NCBI GenBank assembly: GCA_043778225.1
Contig: JAYWGM010000099.1
Span: 1-62,271 of the forward strand
Direction of reading: 5' to 3'
From: Deinococcales bacterium
GTDB taxonomy: Bacteria; Deinococcota; Deinococci; Deinococcales; JAAFIG01
Length of the DNA stretch: 62,271 bases
Notes under the pieces: model-generated
Seen by the model: only the letters and a program-made list of their open reading frames with translations
Database searches by the model: none
What the model was told of the DNA's origin: nothing
Translations under genes and position numbers: made by a program
Shown here: positions 48,858-59,187 of the stretch, piece by piece
Layout of the letters: each line of letters opens with the position of its first letter
Numbering within the stretch: the first letter of the stretch is position 1

Positions 48858-49574
48858 ATGGAAAAATCTCCACGACTCAGTAACGACCAATTACCAAAAA
48901 GTATTGAAGTGCCTCGAGATAAACTGCTTCGTGGTGCAAGCCCACAAGAGGTTGTTGGCGCAATTCGCGCAGCCGTTAGCCCCGATACACCAACCCCAAA
49001 AGGCGTTCAATTTTTATTGATTAGAGATGAAGCTGACTACATGAAAATAGAGCGCCGTTGGACGCAAATCCGAAAAAGCCTTGGAATAACAAGCCCAGCA
49101 AAGATTGATAGAGACGCAAGCGCAGTTCGCTTTTTAGGAGATGTCATACTGTCTCCTGACATAGTTGGGTATCTTAGTTCATCAGATATGTATGATCGAG
49201 TCCGAGGTGCATCCGTTGTTTTACACGAATGGTGGCATAGCGCTCGGACTCAAGCCGAAGCCTTTTTTCCATTTGAAGAAGGTACAGCCGATGTGTTTGC
49301 TGCACAGATGGCAGAAAAGTTATTTGGTGTTGACATACCCAAGAAATGGCAGCCCTACAAAAAATTGTCTGAAGCCATCAATATCATTGGCAAACCCCTC
49401 GAGAATCCAGAATGGTATCTTGAGTCCAGAAAACAAGTTGATGTCAAAGAATGGTTAAGGGTCACGCTTTCAAAGCATGGGTTTTCGGCACAGACAATTA
49501 ACAGGGTTTTGAGCTATACTGGCTTTGAAGACCTTTGGCTAGAAGATGTCAAGCATATGGTTGAAACGAGGTAG
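48858..49574 (+). CDS. HExxH zincin-like metallopeptidase (toxin-like)
   Basis: VLHEWWH followed by FEEGTAD third-ligand motif. Confidence 0.65.
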   Translation: MEKSPRLSNDQLPKSIEVPRDKLLRGASPQEVVGAIRAAVSPDTPTPKGVQFLLIRDEADYMKIERRWTQIRKSLGITSPAKIDRDASAVRFLGDVILSPDIVGYLSSSDMYDRVRGASVVLHEWWHSARTQAEAFFPFEEGTADVFAAQMAEKLFGVDIPKKWQPYKKLSEAINIIGKPLENPEWYLESRKQVDVKEWLRVTLSKHGFSAQTINRVLSYTGFEDLWLEDVKHMVETR

Positions 49575-49576
49575 AT

Positions 49577-49792
49577 ATGAATTTTGAACAAGCTCGGACA
49601 AAATTAGTAAACGCAGTGCTATCTTCAGAGTTGGATTTGAAAGATTCAGTCATGAATAGCCTTGACGCTGATTTTTATCAACAGTTTGATTCAGACCAAC
49701 AGTTCGTATTGCGGCGACTGGCTGGCGATATAAGGTCTTCTTATATCGAAGGTGAAATTTTACAAAGTCGGCAATTACAGCTACACAATTAA
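49577..49792 (+). CDS. Small hypothetical protein (immunity-like)
   Basis: 71 aa, GAGG RBS, 2 nt after the zincin stop. Confidence 0.55.
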   Translation: MNFEQARTKLVNAVLSSELDLKDSVMNSLDADFYQQFDSDQQFVLRRLAGDIRSSYIEGEILQSRQLQLHN

Positions 49793-49950
49793 ACGTATTC
49801 CAGATTCGAGCGTGTCTCTTAGGCGTAGAATTTGACCAATGCGCTTGTGTCGAGAAACAAAATCGTGTTCGATAGCCTCGAAATTGCTCATTGGAAAATC
49901 GTAGCAAAATTTGATTTCAGCCGCAAATGCTTAACCCAGTATACTGAGGC

Positions 49951-52900
49951 GTGTCCTTACAGCTTATTCGCCAATATCAAAGCAACCTCGAGAAAATTGT
50001 GCAGTACGGCGGCACACGCAACGAAACCAGTCTGCGAGCCGCTTTTCAAGAACTGCTGAGCCACTGGGCGCGAGGGCAAGAACTCGAGCTTGTGCCAGAA
50101 GTCAGTATTAAAGTTGGTAAAAACACCATCCGACCCGATGGCACACTGAAAAACGCCCTGCGCCAAAGCCTCGGCTACTGGGAATCCAAAGACGAATCGG
50201 ACGACCTCGAGACAGAAATCCAGAAAAAATTTGCCAAGGGCTACCCCAAGGACAACATTTTATTCGAGGACACCCAGACAGCCGTGCTGATTCAACACGC
50301 CCAAGAAGTGGCTCGAGCCGAGATGTCGGACAACGTGGCGCTGCACAAATTGCTCGAGACTTTTTTTAGCTTTGAACCGACCGAAGTGACCGAATTTAGG
50401 TTAGCCATCGAGCATTTTAGAACCGACCTTCCCGATTTACTCGAGGTGCTGCGCTTGGCATTGGCGACTGCCAGCAAAAACAAGGATTTTAAGCAAAAAC
50501 GCGCCACTTTTGTGCTGCTCTGCCAACAAGCCATGAACCCAAGTTTTACCGACCAAGACGCGGGCGAAATGCTGATTCAACATATTCTAACGGGCGAAAT
50601 TTTTAAGGGCGTTTTTGATAACGCCCAGTATTTTGAAGAAAATAACATCGCCCAGCAACTCGAGGCTTTAAGTAAATCGTTTTATGTTGGCGCAGTGCGG
50701 CGCGACGTGGACAGCAAAACCAAAACGTATTACGGCGCAATTAAGGCGGCGGCTGCCCAGATTGCCGACCACCACGAAAAACAAAAATTCTTAAAAGTGC
50801 TGTACGAAACTTTTTACCGCGCCTATAACCCAGCCGGCGCAGACAAGTTAGGCATTTTTTATACCCCAAACGAAATTGTGCGCTTTATGATTGAAGCCAC
50901 CGATGCACTGGTCGAGAAACACTTTGGCAAAAACCTAGCCGACCAAGGCGTGGAAATCCTCGACCCTGCCACTGGCACAGGCACGTTTATTACCGAGTTA
51001 ATCGAGTACCTACCAAAATCCAAACTCGAGCAAAAGTACAAGTTTGAAATGCACTGCAACGAGTTGGCACTACTGCCGTATTACATTGCCAACCTGAACA
51101 TCGAAGCGACCTACGCCCAGAAAATGGGCAAATACCAAGAATTCCAAAACATCATTTTGGTGGATACATTAGACAACACTGGTTTTGGCATTAAAGGCGC
51201 TCAGACCGACCTTTTTACCAGCTTAACCGAAGAAAATTTAGAACGAATCAAACGCCAAAACCAACGCTCAATTCATGTGATTATCGGCAACCCGCCCTAC
51301 CGCGCCAACCAAGCCAACGAAAACGACAACAACAAAAACCGCGAGTACCAAATTATAGACAAGCGAATTAAAGAAACCTACATTGCCGCCAGCACGGCGC
51401 AAAAGACAAAACTCTACGATATGTACGCCCGATTTCTGCGTTGGGCAACCGACCGATTACAAGACAACGGAATGATTGCTTTTGTCTCGAATAGTTCGTT
51501 CATAGATAGCCGTACCTTTGACGGTTTTCGTAAAGTGGTTGCCGAAGAATTTAACGATATTTACATCATCAATATGAAAGGCAACGCCAACACGAGCGGC
51601 GAAAGGCGTAAGCGTCAGGGCGGAAATGTTTTTAACGACCAGATTAAAGTTGGTGTTGCGGTTTATTTTTTAGTCAAACGCGAAGGAAAAACAGGCTGTC
51701 AGATTCACTATCTCGAGATTCCAGATTATTGGGGTGCAGACCAGAAAAAAGCCTTTTTTCAAGACAACCGCATCTCGAGTCTGACTTTTGAAAAAATCCA
51801 CCCCGACGAGAAGCACAACTGGCTAAACCAGCCCGAACACGACTGGGAAGCCTTTCTACCCATTGCCAGCAAAGAAAGCAAAGCCGCCAAAACAGATTCG
51901 CTCGAGACAACCATTTTTAAGTTTTTTTCGACAGGTGTTTCGACCAACCGCGATGAATGGATTGTGGATTTCTCGGCAGAAACAGTCAATGCCAAAATGA
52001 AATTTTTTATTGCCGAATATCAAAAACATTCTTCTGAGACAGAGCAATTCGAGGATGTCATCAAATGGTCTCGTAATCTCAAACGGCGCTTGGCTCAGGG
52101 CAAACGCGAGAAGTTTTTGGCATCTCGAGCCAAGCGCTTTTCTTACCGCCCATACTCGAGCTACTGGTTTTATGATTCTGATTTATTTGTAGACGAAGAC
52201 GGGGTTCGTTCGGAAATGGGTACAGAAGGAAATAATCCTGTTCTGGCACTCGATAAAGGCGAACGAGCCAGCAGCGTTTTGGCAACAAATTATCCGCCCG
52301 ACCTTCACTTTAACGGCGATTCTCAGTGCCTGCCGCTTTACCGCTATGAAAACGGTCAGCGCCTCGAGAACATCACCGATTTTGCGCTGTTGGCTTTCCA
52401 AAATCATTATGCGGATACCAGCATTTCTCGAGAACATATTTTTGCCTATGTTTACGCGGTGCTGCATCATTCGGCGTACCGCCAAAAGTACGCGCTTAAT
52501 CTGCGCCAAGAATTCCCTCGAGTTCCGTTTTATGATTCGTTAATGGTTTGGGTGGCTTGGGGGCAGCAGCTTTTAACCTTGCATCTGGATTTTGAAAGCG
52601 CCACGCCGTACCCGCTCGAGGAAATGATCACACCGCCCGAGACCGAAAACCCCGAAGCACTCGAGCGCTTACAAAAAGCCAAACTCAAAGCCGATGTGCT
52701 GCGTGGCGAAATTATTTTGGATGGCATCAGCACGTTGCGTGGTGTTCCGCCCGAGGCATGGGGCTATAAGCTGGGCAACCGCAGTGCGCTCGAATGGATT
52801 CTCGAGCGCTACAAAGAAACCACGCCCAAAGACCCAACGATAAAAGCCCGTTTTAACACTTACCGCTTTGCCGATTATAAAATTCAGGTGCTGGATTTAC

Positions 52901-52971
52901 TGCGTCGGGTTTGTACGGTCAGTTGTGAAACCATGAAAATTTTGGCGCAAATGCCAAGCGAAACGCTCTAA
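49951..52971 (+). CDS. Single-chain type IIG/IIL R-M enzyme (DrdV-like)
   Basis: RPDGTL...WESK nuclease, DPATGTG and GNPPY m6A MTase motifs, C-terminal TRD, no helicase. Confidence 0.9.
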   Translation: MSLQLIRQYQSNLEKIVQYGGTRNETSLRAAFQELLSHWARGQELELVPEVSIKVGKNTIRPDGTLKNALRQSLGYWESKDESDDLETEIQKKFAKGYPKDNILFEDTQTAVLIQHAQEVARAEMSDNVALHKLLETFFSFEPTEVTEFRLAIEHFRTDLPDLLEVLRLALATASKNKDFKQKRATFVLLCQQAMNPSFTDQDAGEMLIQHILTGEIFKGVFDNAQYFEENNIAQQLEALSKSFYVGAVRRDVDSKTKTYYGAIKAAAAQIADHHEKQKFLKVLYETFYRAYNPAGADKLGIFYTPNEIVRFMIEATDALVEKHFGKNLADQGVEILDPATGTGTFITELIEYLPKSKLEQKYKFEMHCNELALLPYYIANLNIEATYAQKMGKYQEFQNIILVDTLDNTGFGIKGAQTDLFTSLTEENLERIKRQNQRSIHVIIGNPPYRANQANENDNNKNREYQIIDKRIKETYIAASTAQKTKLYDMYARFLRWATDRLQDNGMIAFVSNSSFIDSRTFDGFRKVVAEEFNDIYIINMKGNANTSGERRKRQGGNVFNDQIKVGVAVYFLVKREGKTGCQIHYLEIPDYWGADQKKAFFQDNRISSLTFEKIHPDEKHNWLNQPEHDWEAFLPIASKESKAAKTDSLETTIFKFFSTGVSTNRDEWIVDFSAETVNAKMKFFIAEYQKHSSETEQFEDVIKWSRNLKRRLAQGKREKFLASRAKRFSYRPYSSYWFYDSDLFVDEDGVRSEMGTEGNNPVLALDKGERASSVLATNYPPDLHFNGDSQCLPLYRYENGQRLENITDFALLAFQNHYADTSISREHIFAYVYAVLHHSAYRQKYALNLRQEFPRVPFYDSLMVWVAWGQQLLTLHLDFESATPYPLEEMITPPETENPEALERLQKAKLKADVLRGEIILDGISTLRGVPPEAWGYKLGNRSALEWILERYKETTPKDPTIKARFNTYRFADYKIQVLDLLRRVCTVSCETMKILAQMPSETL

Positions 52972-53510
52972 AACTCGAGTCCATCGTAAATTTGCGCCAA
53001 AGTTAATGTTGCTTCAATGCACGGAATATCAATTTCGCCCGTTTCCTCGAGTGTCTCGAGCAACCACGTTTCGCCTTGACGCTTGTAGACTACCGCCAAC
53101 TTTGTGTGCTGCTCGATTAAAACATAACGCTGTACACTTGGAATTCGGGTGTACTCGGCTAATTTTTTGTTGGTGTCGGTATCAGCCGTGCTTGTCGAAA
53201 CCACCTCGAGCAGAAAACACGGTGTGTCCTCAAGCCGAGGGTGAGCATTGTCGAGGCAGTTAATCATAATGTCTGGATACCGATAACGGGTACTCGAGAC
53301 ACGCAACTGTATGGTTTTGGTTTGAAAGCGGCAGCCCTTGGCTCGAGCAAGTGGCGCTAAGGCAAGCGTGATATTCAAAACAATTTCTTCATGGCGTTTA
53401 CTTTCGCCTGCCATCGCGTAGAGTTTTCCGTCCACGTATTCGTGCCGAATCTCGGATTCTATTTCTTGCTTTAGGTATTCTGTTGCGCTCAGATTTGCTA
53501 GTAAAGTCAT
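52968..53510 (-). CDS. Uma2 family endonuclease
   Basis: RHEYVDG, YPD, EVVSTST, KLAEY. Confidence 0.9.
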   Translation of the reverse strand: MTLLANLSATEYLKQEIESEIRHEYVDGKLYAMAGESKRHEEIVLNITLALAPLARAKGCRFQTKTIQLRVSSTRYRYPDIMINCLDNAHPRLEDTPCFLLEVVSTSTADTDTNKKLAEYTRIPSVQRYVLIEQHTKLAVVYKRQGETWLLETLEETGEIDIPCIEATLTLAQIYDGLEF

Positions 53511-53530
53511 GGCTAAAGTCTAGCAGAATT

Positions 53531-53565
53531 AAAAAAGGCGCGAAGATAATTCTTCGCGCCTTTTC
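53531..53565 (-). terminator. rpsA terminator
   Basis: AAAAGGCGCGAAGA/TCTTCGCGCCTTTT. Confidence 0.8.
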
Positions 53566-53574
53566 ATATAGAAT

Positions 53575-55491
53575 TTACTCGCCTGTCTTTTCGTCTTTTT
53601 TGCCACCCAAACCAAATTGGGCAAACAAATCAGCGTAAACATCACCAAGTTTGGTGGTGACTTTACCGCCGCCAGCATCGGCATTGGCAAGATTGCTCGA
53701 GTTGCTGCTGTAGTCGTAATCAAAATCACGCTTCTTGCCGCCTCGGGCGCTGCCAAAGTTGTTGGATTTGCGCTGTTGTTGCTGTTGTGGGTCTGGCGCA
53801 CCGACTGGGGCGTTGTTTGCACCCGGCAGGGCGCGTTTACGGCTCAGGCTGGCGCGTTGGTCAACTGGGTCAATGTTCAGGACAATGGCTTCTACCTCGT
53901 CGCCCTTCTTAAAGAGTTCAGACGCATTGGTGACGCGCTCGTTGGCAAGCTCCGAAATATGGATTAAGCCTTCGATACCGTCTTCAATTTCGATAAAGAC
54001 ACCAAAGTCGGTCAAGCCCGTGACTTTACCCTTAACCGGTGTACCCGGTGGGTACTTGGCTGGCAGCGCACTCCAAGGGTCTGGGGTGGTTTGGCGCATA
54101 CCAAGACTAATGCGGCGGTCTTTGGTATCCATGCGTAAAACCACGGCTTCTACTTCGTCGCCTTCTTTTAAGACTTCGTTTGGATGACGCACACGCTTGG
54201 TCCAGCTAAGCTCGGAAACATGAATCAAGCCTTCTAAGCCAGACTCGAGTTCAACAAAAGCACCAAAGTTGGTCAGGTTTGTGACCTTGCCGGTAACGCG
54301 CTGCCCAATGGTAAATTTCTCCATCGCGGCAGTCCATGGGTCTTGCATCAGGGCTTTCATCGATAAGTTAATGCGGTCGCGGTCGTTGTCCACGTCCATA
54401 ACTTGCACTTTAACGGCTTCGCCAAGTTTAACAACTTCTTTTGGATGTCCAAAACGGGCAAAGGTTAATTCGGAGCGATGCACCAAACCATCTACGCCGC
54501 CCAAGGACACAAAGACACCAAAGTCGGTGATTTCGACGACTTTGCCCTCGAGAATGCTGCCCGGAGCAAGGCGTTCGATCGTCTCGAGTTTGGCTTTGTT
54601 CTTTTGTTCTTCGATAATTGCACGGCGCGAGATAATCACGCGGTTGCGCTTACGATTTAACTCGATTAAACGAACCTCGAGCGGTTGATTGACAAAAGGA
54701 GTCAGGTCGTTGATGCGACGCACATCGAGTTGGCTGGCGGGCAAGAAGGCACGCACCCCTTCGATATTGGCAACCAAACCGCCTTTGACTTGTTCTTCGA
54801 TATGCACCGTGATGCTGGTGGCATCTTTGACGGCTTGCTCGAGTTTACGCCAGCCACGGTCTTGCTCTGCCCGTTTTTTGCTGAGGATAATCACGCCATT
54901 GGCAATATCGCTGCGAACCACATAAGCATCGAGTTTATCGCCGGCTTTGAATTGCTCTTGGGCTTGCTCGAGGGTCAGGGCATCTTCGGCAAGTTGATTG
55001 AGTGGAATAATACCTTCAATCTTTGCACCGACATCTACACTAACGCCTTCTGTACCGACAAAAACCACTGTACCAACGACAACATCGCCGCGATTGAGTT
55101 CGGAAACGCGATCAGCTTCTGAGGCAATCACATCTTCCATCGTCATGGCTGGGTACTCTTCGGGTGCCTCGACTGCTTTGACAACGGGTGCTGGTGCAGT
55201 CACCACAGGGGCTTCTACAACTGCTTCTGCGACTGGCGCTTCTACAACTGTTTCTGCCACAGGTGTTTCTACAACTGGCGCTTCTACAGATATTTCTACA
55301 ACTGGCGCTTCGACAGCCATTTCTGCTACAGGCGCAACTGTTTCTACGACTGCTTCTACGGCTGCCACAGGTGTTTCTACAACTGCTTCTGCGACTGGCG
55401 CTTCGACAACTGGTGCGACTGCTTCTGTGATTGGGGCTTCTGGTGCTGTTGTGGTTGCGGCTGCAACCGGGTTGTGAGCCGTGTCTTCCAT
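53575..55491 (-). CDS. rpsA: 30S ribosomal protein S1
   Basis: Five S1 domains (e.g. FGAFVEL...GLIHVSE), acidic repeat N-terminus, AGGAGG RBS. Confidence 0.95.
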   Translation of the reverse strand: MEDTAHNPVAAATTTAPEAPITEAVAPVVEAPVAEAVVETPVAAVEAVVETVAPVAEMAVEAPVVEISVEAPVVETPVAETVVEAPVAEAVVEAPVVTAPAPVVKAVEAPEEYPAMTMEDVIASEADRVSELNRGDVVVGTVVFVGTEGVSVDVGAKIEGIIPLNQLAEDALTLEQAQEQFKAGDKLDAYVVRSDIANGVIILSKKRAEQDRGWRKLEQAVKDATSITVHIEEQVKGGLVANIEGVRAFLPASQLDVRRINDLTPFVNQPLEVRLIELNRKRNRVIISRRAIIEEQKNKAKLETIERLAPGSILEGKVVEITDFGVFVSLGGVDGLVHRSELTFARFGHPKEVVKLGEAVKVQVMDVDNDRDRINLSMKALMQDPWTAAMEKFTIGQRVTGKVTNLTNFGAFVELESGLEGLIHVSELSWTKRVRHPNEVLKEGDEVEAVVLRMDTKDRRISLGMRQTTPDPWSALPAKYPPGTPVKGKVTGLTDFGVFIEIEDGIEGLIHISELANERVTNASELFKKGDEVEAIVLNIDPVDQRASLSRKRALPGANNAPVGAPDPQQQQQRKSNNFGSARGGKKRDFDYDYSSNSSNLANADAGGGKVTTKLGDVYADLFAQFGLGGKKDEKTGE

Positions 55492-55672
55492 TCCGAATTC
55501 CTCCTAAGGATTCTAGGCACTCCCTCAGAGGTTTCTGTAGAGAACGCAACCTTAAAAGTGTACTGTAAAAGTTTGGGGCTGTAAAGGGCAAAAATCATGT
55601 TAGGGACTGGTCACTGCTCGAGATTATGCTTTTTTTATCTGGTCATCCTTCTCACAGGGGAAAGTTTGAAGC

Positions 55673-55722
55673 GTACAAGCCAACTTGTGGTGTGGTACAA
55701 GCCAACTTGTGGTGTGGTACAA
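55673..55722. repeat. 22-bp tandem duplication
   Basis: GTACAAGCCAACTTGTGGTGTG x2 plus GTACAA. Confidence 0.9.
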
Positions 55723-55728
55723 AAACCA

Positions 55729-55757
55729 TTGCCAGAGCGAGGCGGGTGTGATACACT
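55729..55757 (+). promoter_or_regulatory. Sigma70 promoter of rpmB
   Basis: TTGCCA-17-TACACT with extended TG. Confidence 0.65.
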
Positions 55758-55804
55758 CCCCAAGTTTGACTCCCAAGGGAGTTTCGTGGAATGAGGTTTT
55801 TTAT

Positions 55805-56044
55805 ATGGCGAAGACTTGTGCAATCAGTGGTAAATCCAGCATCGTAATCAATTCCGTGAGCCGTCGCGGTAAAGCCAAAGCCCAAGGTGGGGTCGGTAAG
55901 AAAACCACTGGCATCTCAAAGGTTCGTAAATACGCCAACTTGCAAAAAAAAGCAGTCATGGTCAATGGCGAAAGACAATTGGTCTGGCTGTCGGCTCGAG
56001 CCATGCGTAAACTGCCAACCAACTGGGTCGTGGTCGCAAAGTAA
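55805..56044 (+). CDS. rpmB: 50S ribosomal protein L28
   Basis: MAKTCAISGK...RRGKAKAQGGVG...ANLQ. Confidence 0.95.
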   Translation: MAKTCAISGKSSIVINSVSRRGKAKAQGGVGKKTTGISKVRKYANLQKKAVMVNGERQLVWLSARAMRKLPTNWVVVAK

Positions 56045-56050
56045 GTACCT

Positions 56051-56084
56051 AAAAAAAGACGAGGCTCGAGCCTCGTCTTTTTTT
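56051..56084. terminator. Bidirectional terminator, perfect 34-bp palindrome centred on CTCGAG
   Basis: AAAAAAAGACGAGGCTCGAGCCTCGTCTTTTTTT. Confidence 0.85.
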
Positions 56085-56802
56085 ATGGGGTGCGAACAGC
56101 CGGAGTCGTGGTGATGGTTCGGTTTCTTAAACGGCGGGTTGGCGTGGTGGTTGTGTTGCTGTTGTTTTCTGGGATAACCACTGGTTCAGGTGGTGGCGGT
56201 GGGGCTGGGACACGTATAAAACGGATGGCTTCGTTGCCAACCCCATCCAAGGCGCGAACACTGATCGTACTGGCTCGAGAACGACGCACCACGCGGTAAA
56301 ACTGAACTTCTGCACCAGGCGAGACATTCATTGGTTCGCCATTCATAAAAACCGTCTGGACTTTGCGGTTATCGGTCGCAACCCCGCGAATAATGATCGA
56401 ATCGGTTTGCGACTCGATGGCTTGTATTTCGATAACTGGTTTTTTGGTGTCTATGGTCACCAAAATGGTTCGTGTGCCAGCATTTCTCGAGGCATCCACG
56501 GCGCGAAGTTCGTACTTTAGGGCATTGTTTTCGATTTTATTGGCGGCAAACTTAAAGCGCACAATTTTACGCCCGTACTGATTGGCAAATTCGCCCTTGG
56601 CAAGTAAATCGGTTTTGCCATTAATTGTTAATTTAATAATTCCTTTGTCGTCCCACGCATAGCCTTCGATCGTGACACTCGAGTTTGGGGTGATGTCTGA
56701 CTTGGGGCGCACAATCACAATTTGCGGCACAAATTGGTCAAGTTCTCGAGCGCACCCCACTAAGGTACTCGAAAGCAGCAGCAAAGTAAGCAAATAGCGC
56801 AC
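56083..56802 (-). CDS. Lipoprotein with two Ig-like repeats
   Basis: LVGC lipobox; RAVDASRN and RALDGVGN repeats; Pro/Thr tail. Confidence 0.7.
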   Translation of the reverse strand: MRYLLTLLLLSSTLVGCARELDQFVPQIVIVRPKSDITPNSSVTIEGYAWDDKGIIKLTINGKTDLLAKGEFANQYGRKIVRFKFAANKIENNALKYELRAVDASRNAGTRTILVTIDTKKPVIEIQAIESQTDSIIIRGVATDNRKVQTVFMNGEPMNVSPGAEVQFYRVVRRSRASTISVRALDGVGNEAIRFIRVPAPPPPPEPVVIPENNSNTTTTPTRRLRNRTITTTPAVRTP

Positions 56803-56838
56803 CAAAAAAGTCTAGCAAAAGTGCATGAGATACAACTC

Positions 56839-56976
56839 ATACTGAATTAACTTATTCACTCTCGTTTGACCAAATAAGCGGTCAAACTGTCGCTCATGCG
56901 TAAATTCAGTTTTTTTGGTACTCCTTTTAGTCGGTCAAGCAGTCAAAATACACGACTGCTTGACGCAATTTTGTAT
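56839..56976 (+). mobile_element. 138-bp MITE-like structured repeat
   Basis: ATACTGAATT ... AATTTTGTAT ends, TACTCCTTTTAGTCGG core, 11-bp stem GTCAAGCAGTC/GACTGCTTGAC. Confidence 0.7.
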
Positions 56977-58265
56977 CACAAATCGCGCCGCAAACGTCCA
57001 GCACCAAGAAAAGTCAAAGCGTACAGCACCGCACTGATCGCAAAAACAGGCAGATAACTGGTTTTATCCGCCAACCAACCGCCAAAAATCGGGGTAAAAA
57101 CCGCAATCCCAACCAGTGTATTGCTTGTGCCAATAAATTTTCCTCGAGACTCAGGTGGCGCTAAGGACAGAATATAATTGGCGTTGCCCAGCATGATTCC
57201 AGTATTGCCAACCGCCTGACAAACAAAAACAAGCGCAAAAATCAATCCAGCCCCTTTGGGCATCAAGAGCGCCAAAACGGGTGCAGCCAGACTAAAACCA
57301 AGCGCAATCCGAATGATTCTTCTCGAGCCATACTGATGTGCGACCCTTGTCCAGATGGTGTTTGAAAGTGGCGCGATAATCCCAACGGCAATTAAAAATG
57401 TGCCGATGGCTTCTTTGCCGACACCAATGTTTCGCAAGGCATGGGCGGTAAAAAAGGCATCGCCAATGGTTGAGGCGGCAAATAAAATACGGTACAGCAC
57501 AAATGCCCTAAAGTCTGGGTTTGCGGTAAGGGTTTGCGGGATTGCCAATAAATCATCCCAGATGTTGCTGGCTCTTGCTTGTGGTGGATTATCGGGCGGT
57601 TCGTCGGAGAGTCCGAAAAAATAGTAACCAAAACTAAAGGTAATCCCGCCCAATAAAAAAATAAAAGTGTAATCGAGCGGAAAAGTCAGGCTCGAGCCTA
57701 AAATGGCACGAATCGCAAACCCAGCCCCAAGCGCCAACAAACCGCCCCAAAGGTTGCGTGTCCCAAAAAATCTTGGTCGGTCAGCAGCTGGAATGGTTTT
57801 ACCGACACTCTCGAGCCACGGCAAACCGCTCACGCCACTGGCAAGGCTGTTGGCAATTAATGCCAGTAAAAAAGCCACCAGCATAAACTCGGGCGAATTG
57901 GCAAAGATAATCGTGGACAGCACAATGGTGGCTAAAGCACTCGAGCGCACCAAACTGGCAGCGCGGTAAACATCTACTTTTTTGGGAATATGGCGCACGG
58001 CTGCACTGACAAAAATCTGTGGCAGCAACCAACCGCCAACGGCAATCGCGGGCAGTAAGCCAATCACCCAATTGGGCGCAAGTAAGGCAGCCGCAAAACT
58101 GGTCAGCACCAATCCGGGGTTCAAAAAGGCATCGCCCATCGAGCAGAACCAGCCATTGAGAACACCTGCCGTATAACTGCGCGACCACGCAAAGCGCTTC
58201 TCTAATGCCTCGACAAGAGGCGCAAAAATACCCGCCGGGGGTCTGGAAGATAAGTCAGACACCAC
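56976..58265 (-). CDS. MFS transporter
   Basis: About 12 TM helices, YGSRR and GGWLAD motifs. Confidence 0.85.
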   Translation of the reverse strand: MVSDLSSRPPAGIFAPLVEALEKRFAWSRSYTAGVLNGWFCSMGDAFLNPGLVLTSFAAALLAPNWVIGLLPAIAVGGWLLPQIFVSAAVRHIPKKVDVYRAASLVRSSALATIVLSTIIFANSPEFMLVAFLLALIANSLASGVSGLPWLESVGKTIPAADRPRFFGTRNLWGGLLALGAGFAIRAILGSSLTFPLDYTFIFLLGGITFSFGYYFFGLSDEPPDNPPQARASNIWDDLLAIPQTLTANPDFRAFVLYRILFAASTIGDAFFTAHALRNIGVGKEAIGTFLIAVGIIAPLSNTIWTRVAHQYGSRRIIRIALGFSLAAPVLALLMPKGAGLIFALVFVCQAVGNTGIMLGNANYILSLAPPESRGKFIGTSNTLVGIAVFTPIFGGWLADKTSYLPVFAISAVLYALTFLGAGRLRRDL

Positions 58266-58327
58266 AAAAGCATACGCCCGAATCGGCTACTACTGCTCGA
58301 GTAACAAAAACGGTACAATTAAAGACG

Positions 58328-58879
58328 ATGAAAGAAGACCACACAACCGAATTGACCGATGGTGTCACCCCAGCCCGTCTGGCAGAAATAGCGGGTACAA
58401 CCACTGCTTCTATCCGAACTTTTGAGCAACTTGGCTTACTCGAGCCACAAGTGGTGGATGGTAAAAAAAGTTTTGACGCTTTTGCTTATGAGCGGCTTGA
58501 GCAAATTTTGGTGCTGCAAACCGAAGGCTTAAAAATTGATGCGATTTTGAAGCGTTTTGGTGTAGACCCAAAAACCGCCGCCGATAAAATGCGGGCAGAA
58601 CTCGAGGCACTCAAAATCAGCCTCGAAGCCAGCCGTGCCAAAATTGCCGAACTCAGTCAGCAATCAAAGGCAGTGACTCGAGTCAACGAATTACTCTTAA
58701 CCAAAAAAGAACTGGCAGAACTCGAGGTGCTGCGTCAGAGCAATATCCGTCGGGCGCTGTTGGTCGAACAAAAAGCCAAAGCACTTAAAATTCAACTCGA
58801 GTACCGCAATGCGACCATGAGCATCACACGGGTAGATTTACCTCAAGCGCCGCGCAAATCTAAAAAGCGTTTGAATTAA
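58328..58879 (+). CDS. MerR family HTH protein with coiled coil
   Basis: LAEIAGTTTASIRTFEQLGLL. Confidence 0.8.
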   Translation: MKEDHTTELTDGVTPARLAEIAGTTTASIRTFEQLGLLEPQVVDGKKSFDAFAYERLEQILVLQTEGLKIDAILKRFGVDPKTAADKMRAELEALKISLEASRAKIAELSQQSKAVTRVNELLLTKKELAELEVLRQSNIRRALLVEQKAKALKIQLEYRNATMSITRVDLPQAPRKSKKRLN

Positions 58880-59049
58880 GGCATTTGTAAAATCGGTTCT
58901 TGCTCGAGGTAGGCGGCTAAACGCTTTAGGACTCGAGCAATTTGGCGGCGCAACCTGGATTTGGGTTGCAGTTCGGCAATTCGGGCTTCGTGGTGCAGAC
59001 AACCAAGGCGTTCCTGACCGACTGTGAAAATGGTGGTGTACTGGTTCAT
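58876..59049 (-). CDS. Small protein, 57 aa, not in ORF track
   Basis: MNQYTTIFTVGQERLGCLHHEA...; AGGAGG RBS; consensus promoter upstream. Confidence 0.75.
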   Translation of the reverse strand: MNQYTTIFTVGQERLGCLHHEARIAELQPKSRLRRQIARVLKRLAAYLEQEPILQMP

Positions 59050-59068
59050 TTGCTACCTCCTAAAATAG

Positions 59069-59098
59069 ATTATAAAACTAAATTTACTAATTTGTCAA
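59069..59098 (-). promoter_or_regulatory. Consensus sigma70 promoter with palindromic spacer
   Basis: TTGACA-18-TATAAT on the minus strand. Confidence 0.8.
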
Positions 59099-59187
59099 GT
59101 AAAATTGATAATATAATAAAAATGTTAATCCGTATTTTCTATTTGCAATTTGTCTTTTTGGTGTTTAATCGGGTTATGATGCCTTTC

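Noticed and set aside
48197..53520. Intact integrative element at tRNA-Leu
   Set aside because: No integrase and no duplicated tRNA 3' end seen
55673..55722. Mini CRISPR or iteron
   Set aside because: Only two contiguous copies, no spacers, no rep or cas gene
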